NCBI RefSeq assembly: GCF_037042905.1
Contig: NC_087256.1
Span: forward strand, 16,244,001 to 16,308,000
DNA length: 64,000 bases
Reading direction: 5' to 3'
Source: Lytechinus pictus
Taxonomy: Eukaryota
Each line of letters begins with the position of its first letter. The first letter of the stretch is position 1. Positions 26,191-39,860 of this stretch are shown piece by piece. The notes beneath the pieces were generated by a model, which did not search any database, was not told the origin of the DNA, and saw only the letters and a program-made list of their open reading frames with translations. Position numbers and translations under genes: made by a program.

Positions 26191-26373
26191 CACCGAAAAA
26201 ATTCATCATCAAACAAATGAAGAACAAGTGTCAAAACACACTTGCCGGTGTTTACACTATTTGGTGTTATGTACCCACTCCATGGTGTATGTTTAATGTT
26301 AACATTTGATGGTAGGTAAGGTGCTCTATGAACACTGACTGGTGATAGTTGTAACACCAATGATTTTTCAGTG
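26191..26373. mobile_element. Small CACT-ended (EnSpm/CACTA-like) MITE remnant
   Basis: caccgaaaaaat ... atttttcagtg termini with internal ggtgtt/aacac subrepeats. Confidence 0.5.
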
Positions 26374-26610
26374 GTTAAGACTCTCCTCTTTCAATCTGAA
26401 GGACGTGGGTTCGATTCCAAGCCATGGCCATTTCAGCAAGAAATTGTGCTGCACTCAACCCAGGTGAGGTAACTGGGTACCAGCAGGAAGTGATTCTTTA
26501 AAAAGCTGTGTGCACTGGAATCGGTAGACTAGCTTAGCTGGGGTAATATAGGAGCACCTTGAGCACCTAGCAAGGTGGATATATGTGCGCTATACAAATC
26601 CTTTATCATA
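26370..26610 (+). mobile_element. tRNA-derived SINE, tail type A, 5' truncated
   Basis: Colinear with 5671-5945 from agtggttaagactct onward; B-box ggttcgattcc. Confidence 0.87.
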
Positions 26611-26734
26611 TACAATATATAAATATTCATTGATAACAAATTTAAGAACTGGACTCACAAGTACATAAAATACACCTAAAACTGTTTGCATTAGAACAGA
26701 TGTTTAAGATGAAAAAAAGAAATATTAGTTACAT

Positions 26735-27000
26735 TTATATGCGCTTAAAACATTAACATTTCTAAGCGCTTGACATTGCATTTACTATTAGCCTGGTCAT
26801 CAGACCCTGGAATGTCTGCGCACAATGCATGCTCTTTCTCCACTCCCTGGGGCGCATTCCAACAAGAGTTCCAAGACTCAATTAAAATAATAAATAAATA
26901 AAAAATAAATAAATTGCTAGACATAAATTACTACAGAGGCTTATGCATCCCACCGGGTAACCATTAAACTCCAGTTGAACAAGAGCAAAACATTGAACAC
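26735..27000 (-). mobile_element. Degraded SINE
   Basis: Tail tttatatgcgc, segment shared with 12650, and a degraded ccgggtaaccatt central block. Confidence 0.5.
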
Positions 27001-28096
27001 ATCCTTTCAGGGCATTCATCCTGTCATTATAAACAGTAACATGGAGACATAGCACCTTACAGGCCAATTAATTAAAGATGAAAGCAAAAAGCCATTATAA
27101 ATTGCAAAAGAACCCCCATAAAATGCTATCAGATGCAATGTAAAATGTGTTTTGGAACCTCCCCCCCCAAAAAAAAAATATATATATATATATAGATAGA
27201 TATATATATCCCCATACAGAACTTTTCTTCTTCCTCCCTCACTAAATTCAATCTTTATAGAACTCTACTTATAAGCAAATTTATTCAATTTCATTTGTAA
27301 AGAACATCATTTTTTTCATGAAAAACATTGAGAAAGTAATAATACTAGTTAGCAAACTGGAACTTTTATCTTTCACAACTCACTCTGCACAGGTATCACA
27401 ATGTTAATGTGGGTGGCTTGAGTAATTGTGCCGCACTGTCAATCATACCTTAAAATATTCAGCAACCTAGGCTTAAAGTTAATTCGAAACTGTCCCATTA
27501 AGTCAACTTAGGTATCAGTATACTTCACCTAATGGATAACAATGTCAAATATTACAAGCTTCAATCTGCTGCGGGCCATAATTGTGTTAAACATGGAAAA
27601 GTGGAGGTGTGATCGGATTTTAAGAGCTTAATTACAATCATCATGGGCACATTTTCTGACATGACATTTCCTTCCTTCCTAGGATAAGCAAATTTGAAAG
27701 CAAGACAATGTGGAAGCATGCCTGATATAGCAGGATGTAGAAATTGCAAAGACCAAGGTCCTGTGCAGCCATAAATGCACAATTTCTGCAACAAATTTAC
27801 TATATCAGCCAATCAGCTTTAAACTGACATTTTATGAAACGGGACCCAGGTGGCCAGGTGACTTGAATAGCATGTCAATGAACTCTTTATGAAGGTAAAT
27901 GTTGCATTTCTACTTTGAATGAATTAGCATGTTGCTATTTAAATGTACTTGGCTAACTGTTAAATACCAGAATATTAAACCACCATGATGCCATTTGAGA
28001 TCAAATGACCTTCTGATTACACGCAGTATGAACTTCAAACTGGTCTATTAATTATGATGGAGGATCCAATTGTTTACGGGAGAGAAAAATAATTAA

Positions 28097-28697
28097 AGGA
28101 CAAGTCCACCCCTAATAAAAAGATAATTTGAATAAAAGGAGAAAAATCCAACAAGCATTACACTGAAAATTTCATTAAAATTGGGTGTAAGATAAGAAAG
28201 TTATGACATTTTAAAATTTTGCTTAATTTGACAAAACAGTTTTATGTATATCCTGGTCGGTATGCAAATGAGGAGACTGATGACGTCATCCACTCACTAT
28301 TTCTTTTGTATTTCATTATATGAAATATTCTAATTTTCTCCTCATTGTTCTATGAAACAAAGTTTTATTTCTCCATGAACATGTGGTATTTCCATTCTTT
28401 TAATATTTTATGGTTCAGCAAAGTTAGTTCCTTAATGTTAAATCTGTAAAAATGTAAATATTGTATAATTCAAACAATAAAAAACACAAAAGAAATAGTG
28501 AGTGATGGACATCATCGACTCTCTCATTTGCATGTTGCTGAGTTGTGCATATAACTGTTTTGTGAAATATAAGTGAAACTTTAAAATGTCATAACTTTCT
28601 AATTTTACATCCAATTTTGATGAAATTTTCAGTGTTATGCTTGTTTGATTTTTCTCTTTTTATTCACATCAACATTTTTCTGGGGTGGACTTGACCT
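28097..28697. mobile_element. TTAA-target MITE (Kolobok-like family B), intact
   Basis: TTAA|AGGACAAGTCCACCCC ... GGGGTGGACTTGACCT|TTAA; long imperfect inverted arms. Confidence 0.92.
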
Positions 28698-29990
28698 TTA
28701 ATGAAGAAATTTAAATCATGTAAGATTGTTAAGTTATTGTGGCTGCTAAGTCAATTGTGAAATGAATAGCTGCATACTTCATATTGTAAACAATGATCGA
28801 GGTATCTTCTCACAATACATGAAATGAAAATATAATAACGAAAATGATGAAATGACTTAATAGTGGATCATATGTATGAATAGCATGATAAGATCAGAGA
28901 ATCATATTTTTAAATAATAAAATCTCAAACCACATCACCAACCTTGTTAAAAACACAAAACCAGATTATTGCCGATGATATTTGGTATGCAGGGAGGGTG
29001 TTTTTGAAGTAAGTTTCTAACATATCTCTCTCATCATTTATTCAGCAGAGTCCTATCTAGTGGAGTAATATTTCAGGTTTCTCTTCAAATTAAGTTTAGT
29101 TGTGGAGGAATCTTGTTATACAGTGATAATGAATTTGTTGTTTAGTATTCTTCAATAAGAAAGAGATAAGAGTGGACTTTCAAGCTTTCATTACAAAGTA
29201 CTTACATCATGCAGAGTTAATTTGATAACTTTATAGAGACGATGCCTCAGTGCAATGCAGACCCCTTTTATATCATCGATGTTTTCACAAAGGGTCCCGA
29301 GAGGAAAAAATAAACAGATTATTTTGCCCACATATGCACTAGATTGTTTAATGTTCATAATCTCAAAAAAATGTAATTTTACTTGATTCCCTAGATTTTG
29401 TATGATTGTGGTATCAAGAGATTAAAAATCAATCAATCACAGCAACCTCTAAAGAACAACAAAACAGGAGCTGACGAACCCCCGTCAGAAAATTCTAAAA
29501 CTGGTGACAATCTTGTTTGAAAGGTCAAAAACTTGGAGGAGCTCGTTGCCGAAAGAGTTGCAATCAAACACAACAGCAGAAATTGATTGTAACTTCCATT
29601 TCAAACCAATCAAAAGTTATTCATTTAGTTGCTTTCTAGAGCGATGACCTATAAAGAGTGCAGTTGCAAAAAAGTAATGAAAGCAGTGAGTTAAAATGAC
29701 TCACCTAACCCATTAGTGGAATGTGAACTTGGATTCTTTGTAGTCATTTAGCTAAAATGCAGCAAATTAATGAATGTTCATGGACTTGGGTTGTATCACA
29801 TTATGACTACACATGACAAGGCACAAGTAGAAGACACGCCTAAGTAGAGTTTATGGCATCATCGTAAATGGCACAATATCATCGGTCCATCATCAGAGGC
29901 GCATAATCAAAGGCAAATCATCAAAGACTACAGGAACACCTAATCCTCCTGATATCAGGGGCAGATCCTTCAAGGGCTAAAGGGGATCTT

Positions 29991-30115
29991 TTTTCTGTTT
30001 TTACTGGTTTTCATAAAATAACAGTTACAAACAATATAGGCTGACAACAAGTTCAAGACAATTTAAACACATTGACATTAACAAGCTAAATTATCTCAAA
30101 TTAACTTAATAATCA
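29991..30115 (-). mobile_element. Short retroposed insertion with 15-bp TSD
   Basis: GCTAAAGGGGATCTT at 29976-29990 and 30116-30130; the insert begins with a T-rich tract (A-tail on minus). Confidence 0.7.
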
Positions 30116-30652
30116 GCTAAAGGGGATCTTGCCCCCACCCATCCATTTTTGGGGGCGGGAATTCATTATTTTGCTTGTCAAATCTTTTTTCCTTGTGATA
30201 ATCTTTGACCTCTTCTTTTATGTGCATTTATTACCAAGGAATTTAATGATTTGTCAGATTCAAAAGAAAAATGTGGGGAGATGGGGGGGGGGGCAGTACA
30301 TTAAATGCATTCATCGCTGATCAATACATGTGTTTCATCATCAATATAAACTATGATACAATCACCATCCCAGTCACCCTCCTCTGAGATCGCTCCCATC
30401 ACTTCCGCATCACGCTTCATTTTATGATGGGTGATGCCCAAGTTTGCGTCATCATTGTTGGTTGTAGAATACGGGTTTGGAATGGTTTCATGTTCTACAA
30501 CTCCTCTGAGGGGTGAGGAATGACCCAGCGACAATCTATCATCCACTGCATGCTCTCTAAACACTTATAGATCATTCATAACGACCCAGATGAGAGAAAT
30601 TTAGGCGTGTTCACACATACAGGAAACATGATACATATAAGTTTACACTCAG

Positions 30653-30965
30653 CAGGGGCGGATCCAGGCTTTTCCAAAGGGGGGGGGAGCGCATTTTCCC
30701 AGTGAAAATTTGACAAGCAAAAAAAAAAGGTTTTCACCAAACATTTAAAGTCATTTCATCCACAAACCTTAGACAAGCAAAAAAAAAAGGTCCTCACTTG
30801 TGTATGAACGACATATTCCCATTAAAAATATTTGCTGTGACTTTCAAAAGGGGGGGCACACTCGTGTAAGAATGGCATATTTACATTAAACATTTTTTAA
30901 TTATGCCTCTCAAAAGGGGGGGGGGCACAGGCCGGATATGCCCCCCCCCCCTGGATCTGCCAGTG
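30653..30965. mobile_element. hAT-like MITE with perfect 8-bp TSD
   Basis: TIR caggggcggatccagg / cctggatctgccagtg; ACACTCAG on both sides. Confidence 0.9.
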
Positions 30966-32377
30966 ACACTCAGATATAAGTTTGACCAATACTAACCAAA
31001 ATTATTTTTTAATACTAATGTGTTAAACTCTCCACATTCTGGGCACATAGAGGAGAAGTTTATCAATATCTGTCATCTGGCAAGGTGTCAGAGCCAAAAA
31101 CTTTCCTTTATTTTGATTGGACGAGAAGCACAGTGGTCTGACTTTGTATTAAATCTTAACTTTTTCTATACTGGATGGTTGTTGCTATATGAAAATTAAA
31201 ATTATTTTATTTATCACTTATTTCAAAATCAAACATTCCATACAAACATACACATTAATTTTGCAAAATTGCATTGGCAGGAAATATACTGCAGTGTCTT
31301 TCCACTTCATGCTAGTCTTTTGTTTGATTTTACGTTTGATCTTACTTCATTTCTTCAGACTTTGGAAAGATATTCATTGTTACACCTATGATTCCTGCTT
31401 TTTAACTGCATATATGAAGACTAATTATCTTTTTCAAAAAGATTAAAGTCAGAAATGTAAAACATTTTTAGCACACACCTACATGTACAGACCACTGGAT
31501 ATAAACATCCAAGAAATCAATAAATATTAAAAATGTATTTGAGTATTCAACTAAAAAATGAAATGGAGTTTTGTTCACAAGAAGGTCAAAATGCAGGTAG
31601 AGGTAAAACAACCTTTTGAAATTATAGCAGCTGAAAAGTAATCAGAGAAAACTGATGCACTTATAATTCTCCTTTAAGAAACAGCTGCTTGACATGAACA
31701 TATCAATTTTAATTGAAATCCAGCTGACCTATAAATGCATCAACATATTCATCAAACTTGTTTTACTGTTCGTATATTTTCAAGAATAATGAAATACACC
31801 CCACGTCAAGAAATAGGCTGATGTAATTTAAGGCTGAAATGAATTATAATGGTTAATTCAAAAGTGCAAAATACGTCCAGAAAGCTTGTCCTGGAGGGTA
31901 CATAGATAATAATATACACTTTCACTCAAATAGCAGGTGGTCTGTTTGCAACAAGTATTTTATCTTGAAAATAGCAAATAGCCAGTTTAATGACAACATG
32001 TATGACGTCAGCATGACAGACAGTTATTCATTAAATACAAATACATTACACATAATAAAGAGGGGATCCCCCTTCTCACTCCCCTCCTCTCTCCCTCTCT
32101 TTGATTATTAGACAGTTGCTGTGGGGGGGGGGCGGTAAGAAGGCAGGGAGTATATATCTATATTCACTGTATGAAAGCTATTTTGGACATCTTTTTTTTT
32201 GGGGGGGGGGGGCCTAAACTGCACAAATCCAAATGTACTTAATGTTGGGTTAAAATTCAACCCCAACTTTCGTCATTTTCTAATTGTTGAATACTTTTTC
32301 TGAAAGTCATCTTGTGATTTAAATTGTCACAAGATAAGTTTCCCCATTATTGATGGAAAAGCCGGAGAGAGCATGGC

Positions 32378-32492
32378 ACTAGCGTACCTACGGGGGGGGG
32401 GGGGGGCAGAGGGGGCAGTCTGCCCCCCCCCTGATGAGCCACAACCCATGCAAAGGACGTATCCCTGCCCCCCCCTGACGAGCTTGAAGACC
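32378..32492. mobile_element. Left-end fragment of a hAT-like MITE
   Basis: cactagcgtacctacg(g)n-cagagggggcagtctg(c)n terminus pattern; no right end found. Confidence 0.45.
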
Positions 32493-33161
32493 TTAAGTAA
32501 GTTTTACATATTTTACCACTTTACAAGGAATATATTCATGCCCCCAGTTATTACAGATGTCATATATGAAACCACACACTGCTTAAGGGTAAAGAAACTT
32601 AAAGAGACCAATGAAGTTATTAGCAAACATCTCCACATCTATACCTACTAACAAGTATAGCAAAAAAAACACTTTTCAAAATATCAGAAACACAGGTGCA
32701 TAGTAATCATGAAGCATGCCGACCGAACACACCATTTCATTTATATTCTTGATCAACGATTATGCATGGAAGGAATGTCAGTAAAAATTCAAAGTCATTT
32801 TTATTTGTATCAATATAACAACTGATTGCCAATTGCCCTTAGTGACAGACCGCCCACTCAATTTTCCCTCGTTAGATCACGTTTATTAATAATCATAGTA
32901 AATAATCCAATCTATTTACCTACAAGGCATCTTCCTGAAGCAAACAAACTCAACAGAGTGCAATCAAAGTTCAAGGATAAAACAGATAAGTATAATGTAC
33001 TTCAATCAATTGAAGTAATAATTGTTTATTTCACTGTTGCTGACTTTATTAAAGTAGGGGTCAAGTATCTTACATCAACCTTAGGTTTTGTGAATACACC
33101 TTAAATTGACATAAAGGTTATGCATACACTCACTATTGACATACTAAAAGTAAAATATTAA

Positions 33162-33761
33162 AAGAACAAGTCCACCCCAACCAAAAGTTGGTGGAAATAA
33201 AAAAATAAAAATCAAACAAGCTTAACAGTGAAATTTCATCAAAATCGGATATAAAATAAGAAACTTATATTTTAAAGTTTTGATTATTTTCATGTAATAG
33301 TTATATTCACATCCTGTTGGTATGCAAATGACAGCACTGATGACATCAGTCACTCACTGTTTCTTTTGTATTTCATTACATGGAATATGAAATATTCTAA
33401 TTTTCTCCTCATTGTCATGTGAAACAAAGTTTTATTCCTCCTTGAACATGCGTAATTATCATTGTTTTAACATTTTGTGGTTCTAACAAGAGGGTCCTTA
33501 TTGTCAAATCTGTAAAAACTGAAATATTGCATAATTCAAACAATAAAAAAAAAAATTATAGTGAGTGAGGGACATCAGCGACTCTCTCATTTGCCTATCA
33601 CCAAGTTGTGCATGTGTGTATCTGTTTTGTGAAAAATAAGCGAAAATATAAAAAGTCATAACTTTATTTACATCCCATTTTGATGAAATTTTCAGAGCTA
33701 TGCTTTTTTTTTCTCTCTCTCTTTCTTCAAATCAACTTTTTTTCTGTAGTGGACTCGACCT
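33162..33761. mobile_element. TTAA-target MITE (Kolobok-like family B)
   Basis: Colinear with 28097-28697. Confidence 0.88.
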
Positions 33762-34193
33762 TTCATAATAAATTTATAAAGGGTTGAGGATTAAATACAT
33801 GCCTATATTTCATTGGGGTAGATAATACTGAATACAACATCATTCATATAAATGTTGGCTCTTCTGCAGGAGTAAATATAAATATTCTATGACTTTTAAC
33901 ATAAATGTGCTCACTCCTCATAGGGTGTAGTATCCTCTGGTAAGTTTGATGCTAATGTACTTGGCAACAAAACCCCCTAAATTATTGAAGGTCAAGGATT
34001 ATTTACGCGGAAAGCTTTGGCATAATTAGAAGAAAATCAAATAGAGCAGCTTTATTCTCCAATCTACCACATTCACTGACATTGATTAGTGTAACATACA
34101 TGTAAGCAACGATTCAATGCTGCTTTGTACATTATGTACAAATTGAATTGAATACAAGGTGAATTGATTGACAGGCTTTGCTACACAGTCATT

Positions 34194-34669
34194 AGGTGGT
34201 TTCAGACCGCCTCGAAGTTCGTCAGTTCCAGGTATTCTCTGATCGGGAAATTTACCCTGATCAGAAAATACCAGGTATTTTGGTAATGTGAAAGCAAACT
34301 ACGCGTAATTTCCCCGAAAGAAAATACCCGCTAAATAGTAGGTACTTGGCGAAATTACGAGAACTTTCGCGGGGATTTTTCCAAGGTCGCAGGTATTTTG
34401 GCAATGTGAAAGCAATTTACGGGAACGTTTAGCCCAGCGTGTCGTTGGGCGCGGGCGCCGTGGGTGGCTGCTGGGCTAGTGGTTTTGAATATCGCGCCTT
34501 GCCTGCTTATTGGACCATACTGCGCATGCTCCTAACTTCAGGAATTTATCCCGAAGGGTATGTTTCGGGGCGGTGTGAATGCAGGAATAATTAATGGGTA
34601 TTTTTTAGCCTAAAAATGTTCTCGTAATTTAACGGGGATTCTTGTGATCGAGGCGATTTGAAACCACCT
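34194..34669 (+). mobile_element. Harbinger-like MITE, copy 1
   Basis: TIR aggtggtttcagaccgcctcga / tcgaggcgatttgaaaccacct; flanks ATT/AAT. Inverted copy at 50312. Strand is arbitrary. Confidence 0.9.
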
Positions 34670-35352
34670 AATGCATGTCAGTAGCAATATATAGTTTATT
34701 GACCATATCAACCTTTTATTGAGGCAAAAATTATCTCATGGAGTATAACCATCACATGAAAACAACTAAGCACATTTCCTGAATTAATCCCTGGGGGATA
34801 TCAGGTGCCATTACATCATCAAGGCCATGCTATCACAAGCTAACATTGCATAAATAGTGATTTTTTTTGTTTAATGAAAAATTATTTTACGAACAAGGTG
34901 TTCAAATAAATAGCAATAAATTAAAACATATCTGTATTCCTATACTTAATTTAGGCAAATATGAATGAATGCTTATCTTACATGAATGTATATAGTATAT
35001 GAATGTATTCTTATCCAATGCATTATAAATGCACTCCTATCTTACATGAATGAATATTTTTTATATGAATATACTCTAAATGTATTCTAGCCAGATATGA
35101 ATGTATTCATATCTTACCCTGATATGAACATTATGAACACTAAAATTGTTTGAAAGGACTGTTCATTTATTAAAGTCCTTCTTAATATGAGATGACATGG
35201 ATCAATAAGGTCATATTAAACCTATGAAACTCATATAGGACTGAAGCTTACTAGCATTTTAAATTTGCATGTGCATAGAATAGAAATGTGCAGAATATGT
35301 ATAGAAACTTAAAAAAAGTTTTTGAGTGGGAAGGTACCTGTTTTGCTACTTG

Positions 35353-35738
35353 GACCCCTGTTACACCGGATTTCCTACCCGAGACCAGTCTCATTAACCC
35401 TATTACACCAGAATTGTAACGAGTCTTGGGGCGCCCAGACAGCTTTCTGTGCGTTTACACCTAATTACCAAAGCTGTCCGAGATAGTTTTGGCAGGGCGC
35501 CAAGAGCGCCCTGTGTTTGTTGTTTGGATAATCGTTCCACGTGTAGCGCATCAAGCAAACATGTCTCGGACCAGTCTCGGGCAGGTTTGCGTTTACATCG
35601 AATCCAAGGCAGTCTCGAACACATTGCGGGCTGGTCCGAGATAGGTTTGCTCAGAAGGGGTCTCGGGTAGGTTTGTGCGTTTAAACCGGATAAGAAACCT
35701 GCCCGAGACTACTTAGGATATCTGGTGTATCAGGGGCC
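35353..35738. mobile_element. Harbinger-like MITE
   Basis: TIR gacccctgttacaccgga / tctggtgtatcaggggcc; TSD TTG; internal gtctcgg/ccgagac repeats. Confidence 0.8.
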
Positions 35739-38700
35739 TTGATAACCTAATTATAACGATATAAATGTATTGAGCGGTATATTGGTGCGTTACCATTCAA
35801 GTGGGCCTATATTACAAGACTATACTGCTAAGAATGTTGCATTATGGGTGATGAACCTGGCCAGATATGAGTAGTTTGGGACTTGAGGTGGGGCTATTTA
35901 GGCTTCTAGATTGTATGCCCTTTAAGCACTACAGAATATTGTGTATTGTTGTATCATGTTCAATTTTGTGATAAAGGCCCACATGATTACGCATGCAGAT
36001 TTATTGAATACAATGATTTCACATCTCATGAAGACTTCATTGTACATCTAACATCTTCAATCACATAAATTTCGCATTGGCGGTGTCCTCAAAACATCAA
36101 TCATTAATCAGCTATAAATAATATGCTAGATGCATGAGCTCCAAACATAGCATGTTGCGATGAAAAACTCATCATTATCTTCTAAGATTCCTGCAAGGTG
36201 TCTAATTTAAGAAAAAAAATTATAAAGAAAATGAAAAGTACAATCCCTGAAGGTGAAATCATTTCTCACATTTATAATGAGATCTAATGTCCTCATCAAT
36301 CATGCTACTTAATAGTTGGAAAGATCATTAGATTTCTTAAAATAAATTGATGTGAAAAGCCGAACAAACGGAAGCATATCTTGAAGACCATTTTACCACA
36401 TGACCGTGTGGGTGTAACAAGAAGGTGGAATATCGGTAGATTTGGGCTGTATTATCAGTCCATCATGGAAACTCCTCCAACCGTTGATGTATTCTCTCAC
36501 CAATGTAATGCACCAATGTCATCTCCAAACGGTACAATTGTGCAACAAATGAAAACTGCATTAGGTGCGCTGAACGATTCCACATTCAGGGAGACACCAG
36601 CGAGGTGAAGTTTGGCAGCCAACGACAAAACCAGACCAATGCGGGGGCCGTCTACGATCTTGGGTGACATGTTCCATTAAACACAAAACTTGTCTTTACC
36701 ACTCGAAGGATAGGTATTATCAAGCTCATTATTGTCAAAGAAACAAGATGAATTCTTTCCACTATCATCTAGCGAAGAACACAAACAGACTCATTGATTC
36801 TCTAAGAGTCTTTTCCCGGCGCACTTCTATTTGGATCGTTGCCAATACCAGTAGCAACTTACGTCAAACAGAACACCACCTTTTTACCAGAACGTCAAAG
36901 AAACATCCACGAGGAAATTATGAAATGGCACCAAATTACCCAAATTGAAAAACAACATGCAATGTAATATAAATGTCTCCTTCGATTGATCAGTACTTTT
37001 AACTTTAACAGATAGGGCTTGTCGTTTTCTGAAAGGCTCAATGGCGCCCCTGGAATTTGTTATTGTCATTACAAAGGATGTGAATTTGGCCATGGAGGTA
37101 TATTCAGCAATCTATTAATTCAACAAGTGCGTGTAAATGTAATTTAGAAAACCATTCAGAAGTCCTGACATGGAATGGCAGTTGTAATGGACATAATTTC
37201 CTTACACTAATGGAACATTGCAAGAAACTTGCATTCAATGGCAAATCTATTTTCATTCTCTAAATCAATTATATGTCTGAAAATTAATTGCCAATTTGTG
37301 TTTAAATGCTAATCTGCTTCTTGAAACAAGGAGTGTAATCTGACTTGCCACAACTGTAACTGATTCATCAATTGTAAAATTGCAACAGAATATTTCCAAT
37401 TGATGGCAAATATTTTCTTCCATCACCCCTTTAATCTTATCAAAATAAGAGCAGAAGCCAAACTTACATATACACGTTAGTAACAATGTGACCTATTTCT
37501 ATCATCAAATGTAATTTGTTCATATCACCCATGACAATCTAGAGGAAATCAGTCCTTTTTTTAAATAAAAATACCCCCAAAACTTCATATCACTCTTATG
37601 AATGTACAAAGAATCTCCCTATTTTCTGTCAGAAATAATTAAAGAAATACAGTATATCTCTACTACAATTACAGACCTAACCTTCTACATCGTATCAATC
37701 AAATTGACAAGTATTGACAAAATGGTCAAGGGCCTTGCAACGATTATCACTAATACATCCAATATCTTACTTTAAACTTATTATAGGAGATATGTCACAT
37801 ACATGACTTAAAGTGATTAATTATCAAAGATATGTAGGTGTTTTTTAATAGCTGATTGTAGTGTAAGGACACCTTACAACATAACTCTGGAATGAAATAA
37901 TATAGTGCTAGATTCAAGTCTGTAAATCAATGTATCAATATGCTTAGGCAATAAGCAGTATCATTTTCTACCATTTCTATTGGTCTTTAATGGAAAGAAA
38001 GATGAAATTTCACATTATTTTAATGTTCAAATATATTTTTATATAAAACATTTGTGGGGCTCACATAATCCTCATGGTTCATAAAATTGAAATGCAGAAA
38101 TGCATTAAGCGCACTGGGTGCAAGATATGAAGTAACAACTGAGATAGTTAAGAAATAGGGAGGGAGGGAAGGGAGGCAAGAGTCTTTGGATACATGTGAG
38201 AAAATAAGAGAGCACATCGTGGGATGAAGGGGGTTAAAAATAAAAGATGAATAACCGGACAGAAGGGAATACCCTTGGGTGAGTCAAGTGTATACATCAT
38301 GTACATAGACACATGGAAAACCACTCGGCCAAAGTGAAAGTGTGCGCATCTCTCGCATGAATCACTCTCGCTACAATGCTGCCATCTCCCGCTTCCATTG
38401 TCAACACCAGTGTAAACGACCCCCGCAATCGTTACAAGTCTCTTTTAAGCCACATGTCCACATTGTCCAAGAATGATCTACATGTACAGTGGACTCTAAT
38501 TGAAATACAGGTTATTTTCTCCCATTGCAGAGCACCATACCATATGGGTTAAATTAAAGAATTGATGATCATTTCACCTGCAGCTTCCGCTTGGTTCTCG
38601 TGGATGATTTTCGGTGACGGATGTGGAAGTCAGCCTGCTAAATATAACGACTTGTTAGCGCCTCGTCTATTGGAAGCGAGTAACTGAATCGTCTGTCAAA

Positions 38701-39225
38701 GTTGTCGCTGACAGCTCTGACTAATAGCGATGGGTATGTGGTGATGTCATGCTCCTCAAAACGCATTCATACAAAACGATCCTTTCCTAATGAAATAGCT
38801 TCATCTGATGAACATGGAGAAGTTCACTGTTCTTGAAATAAACAGAGATCTATTTAGAGTAGGCCTGTTTTATGGTGTATCAAATGTTAATCTATCACTT
38901 GAATATGATATCATCTCCTTTTTAAAGGTTTACCCAATTGAACAAATATAGCACAATGTCTAGGTACATGGTACATGTATGTGCCCTAATTGACACTTTT
39001 AATCAACAAATAGGTCTTGGAACAAGTCTAGCAAAAGTTAGAATCCATTAGGCATAAATATTCAATTGAATGGTATGCCTTAAAATCCAAAACGATGAAC
39101 AGATATGAATTCATCCCCGATAGTCTGAAAAATTCAGACCATATTTCTTAGCAAGGTTCACAATACCATGTTGGAACAAGAAGCAGGTGTGATGTTCCTG
39201 TTTTCTTCATCTCTGAAGCATCTAG

Positions 39226-39729
39226 TATGCTTTTCACATTGCATTTCCTTAACCCCATACTATCCTTAACCCCGGACTATCCTTAACCCCATACTATCTT
39301 TTTTTGGATTCACACTGTCTTTCTTAACCCCATACTATCTGCTTAGCCGGGGTTAACGCCTTAACCCCGGATTATCCCACAGCTCATGAATATTGATGAT
39401 TTTAACAAAAAGAACGTGATTAACGTGCAATTTCGACTTCTGTGATTGGCTATTGCTTAGCCCCACTTTTCCTTAGCCCGGTTTCGTTTCACACTGCATC
39501 TCTTAGCACCGCAATTGTGGTGCTAGCACCACAATAAGCCGGCTAACCCTGCTTTTTTGCAGGGCCCGATAGTACCGTACTATTTACCGTGCTAGCCCAC
39601 TTTGCTAAAACGTAGTGTGAAAACGAAGTGGGCTAAGCTTAACCCCGGGAAATTGGTGGGGCTAAGGCCTCCCCTTAGCCCCACCAATTTCCCGGGGTTA
39701 AGGGAAAAAAGTACAGTGTGAACAGCATA
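39226..39729. mobile_element. Harbinger-like MITE rich in ttaacccc/ttagcccc repeats, with internal hairpin
   Basis: TIR tatgcttttcaca / tgtgaacagcata; TSD TAG; hairpin at about 39638-39702. Copy at 56540-57047. Confidence 0.88.
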
Positions 39730-39769
39730 TAGGAGGCCTGGTTGAACAATCACACGTATCAATGTACAT

Positions 39770-39860
39770 CAGTCACTTTCATCGCATTACATAACTCACG
39801 TCATTCACTTTGATTGCATTACATAACTCACGTCATTCACTTTGATCGCATTACATAACT
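39770..39860. repeat. 32-bp minisatellite, about 2.8 copies
   Basis: cattcactttgat(t/c)gcattacataactcacgt at 39770, 39802 and 39834. Confidence 0.9.

Noticed and set aside
29895-29950. GLGVP...LPL frame resembling FUOM exon 3
   Set aside because: Wrong spacing, poor acceptor and a stop codon; the true exon is at 60848-60918.
39240-39710. ttaacccc/ggggttaa repeats as interstitial telomere
   Set aside because: Not tandem TTAGGG; dispersed subrepeats inside a TIR- and TSD-bounded MITE.
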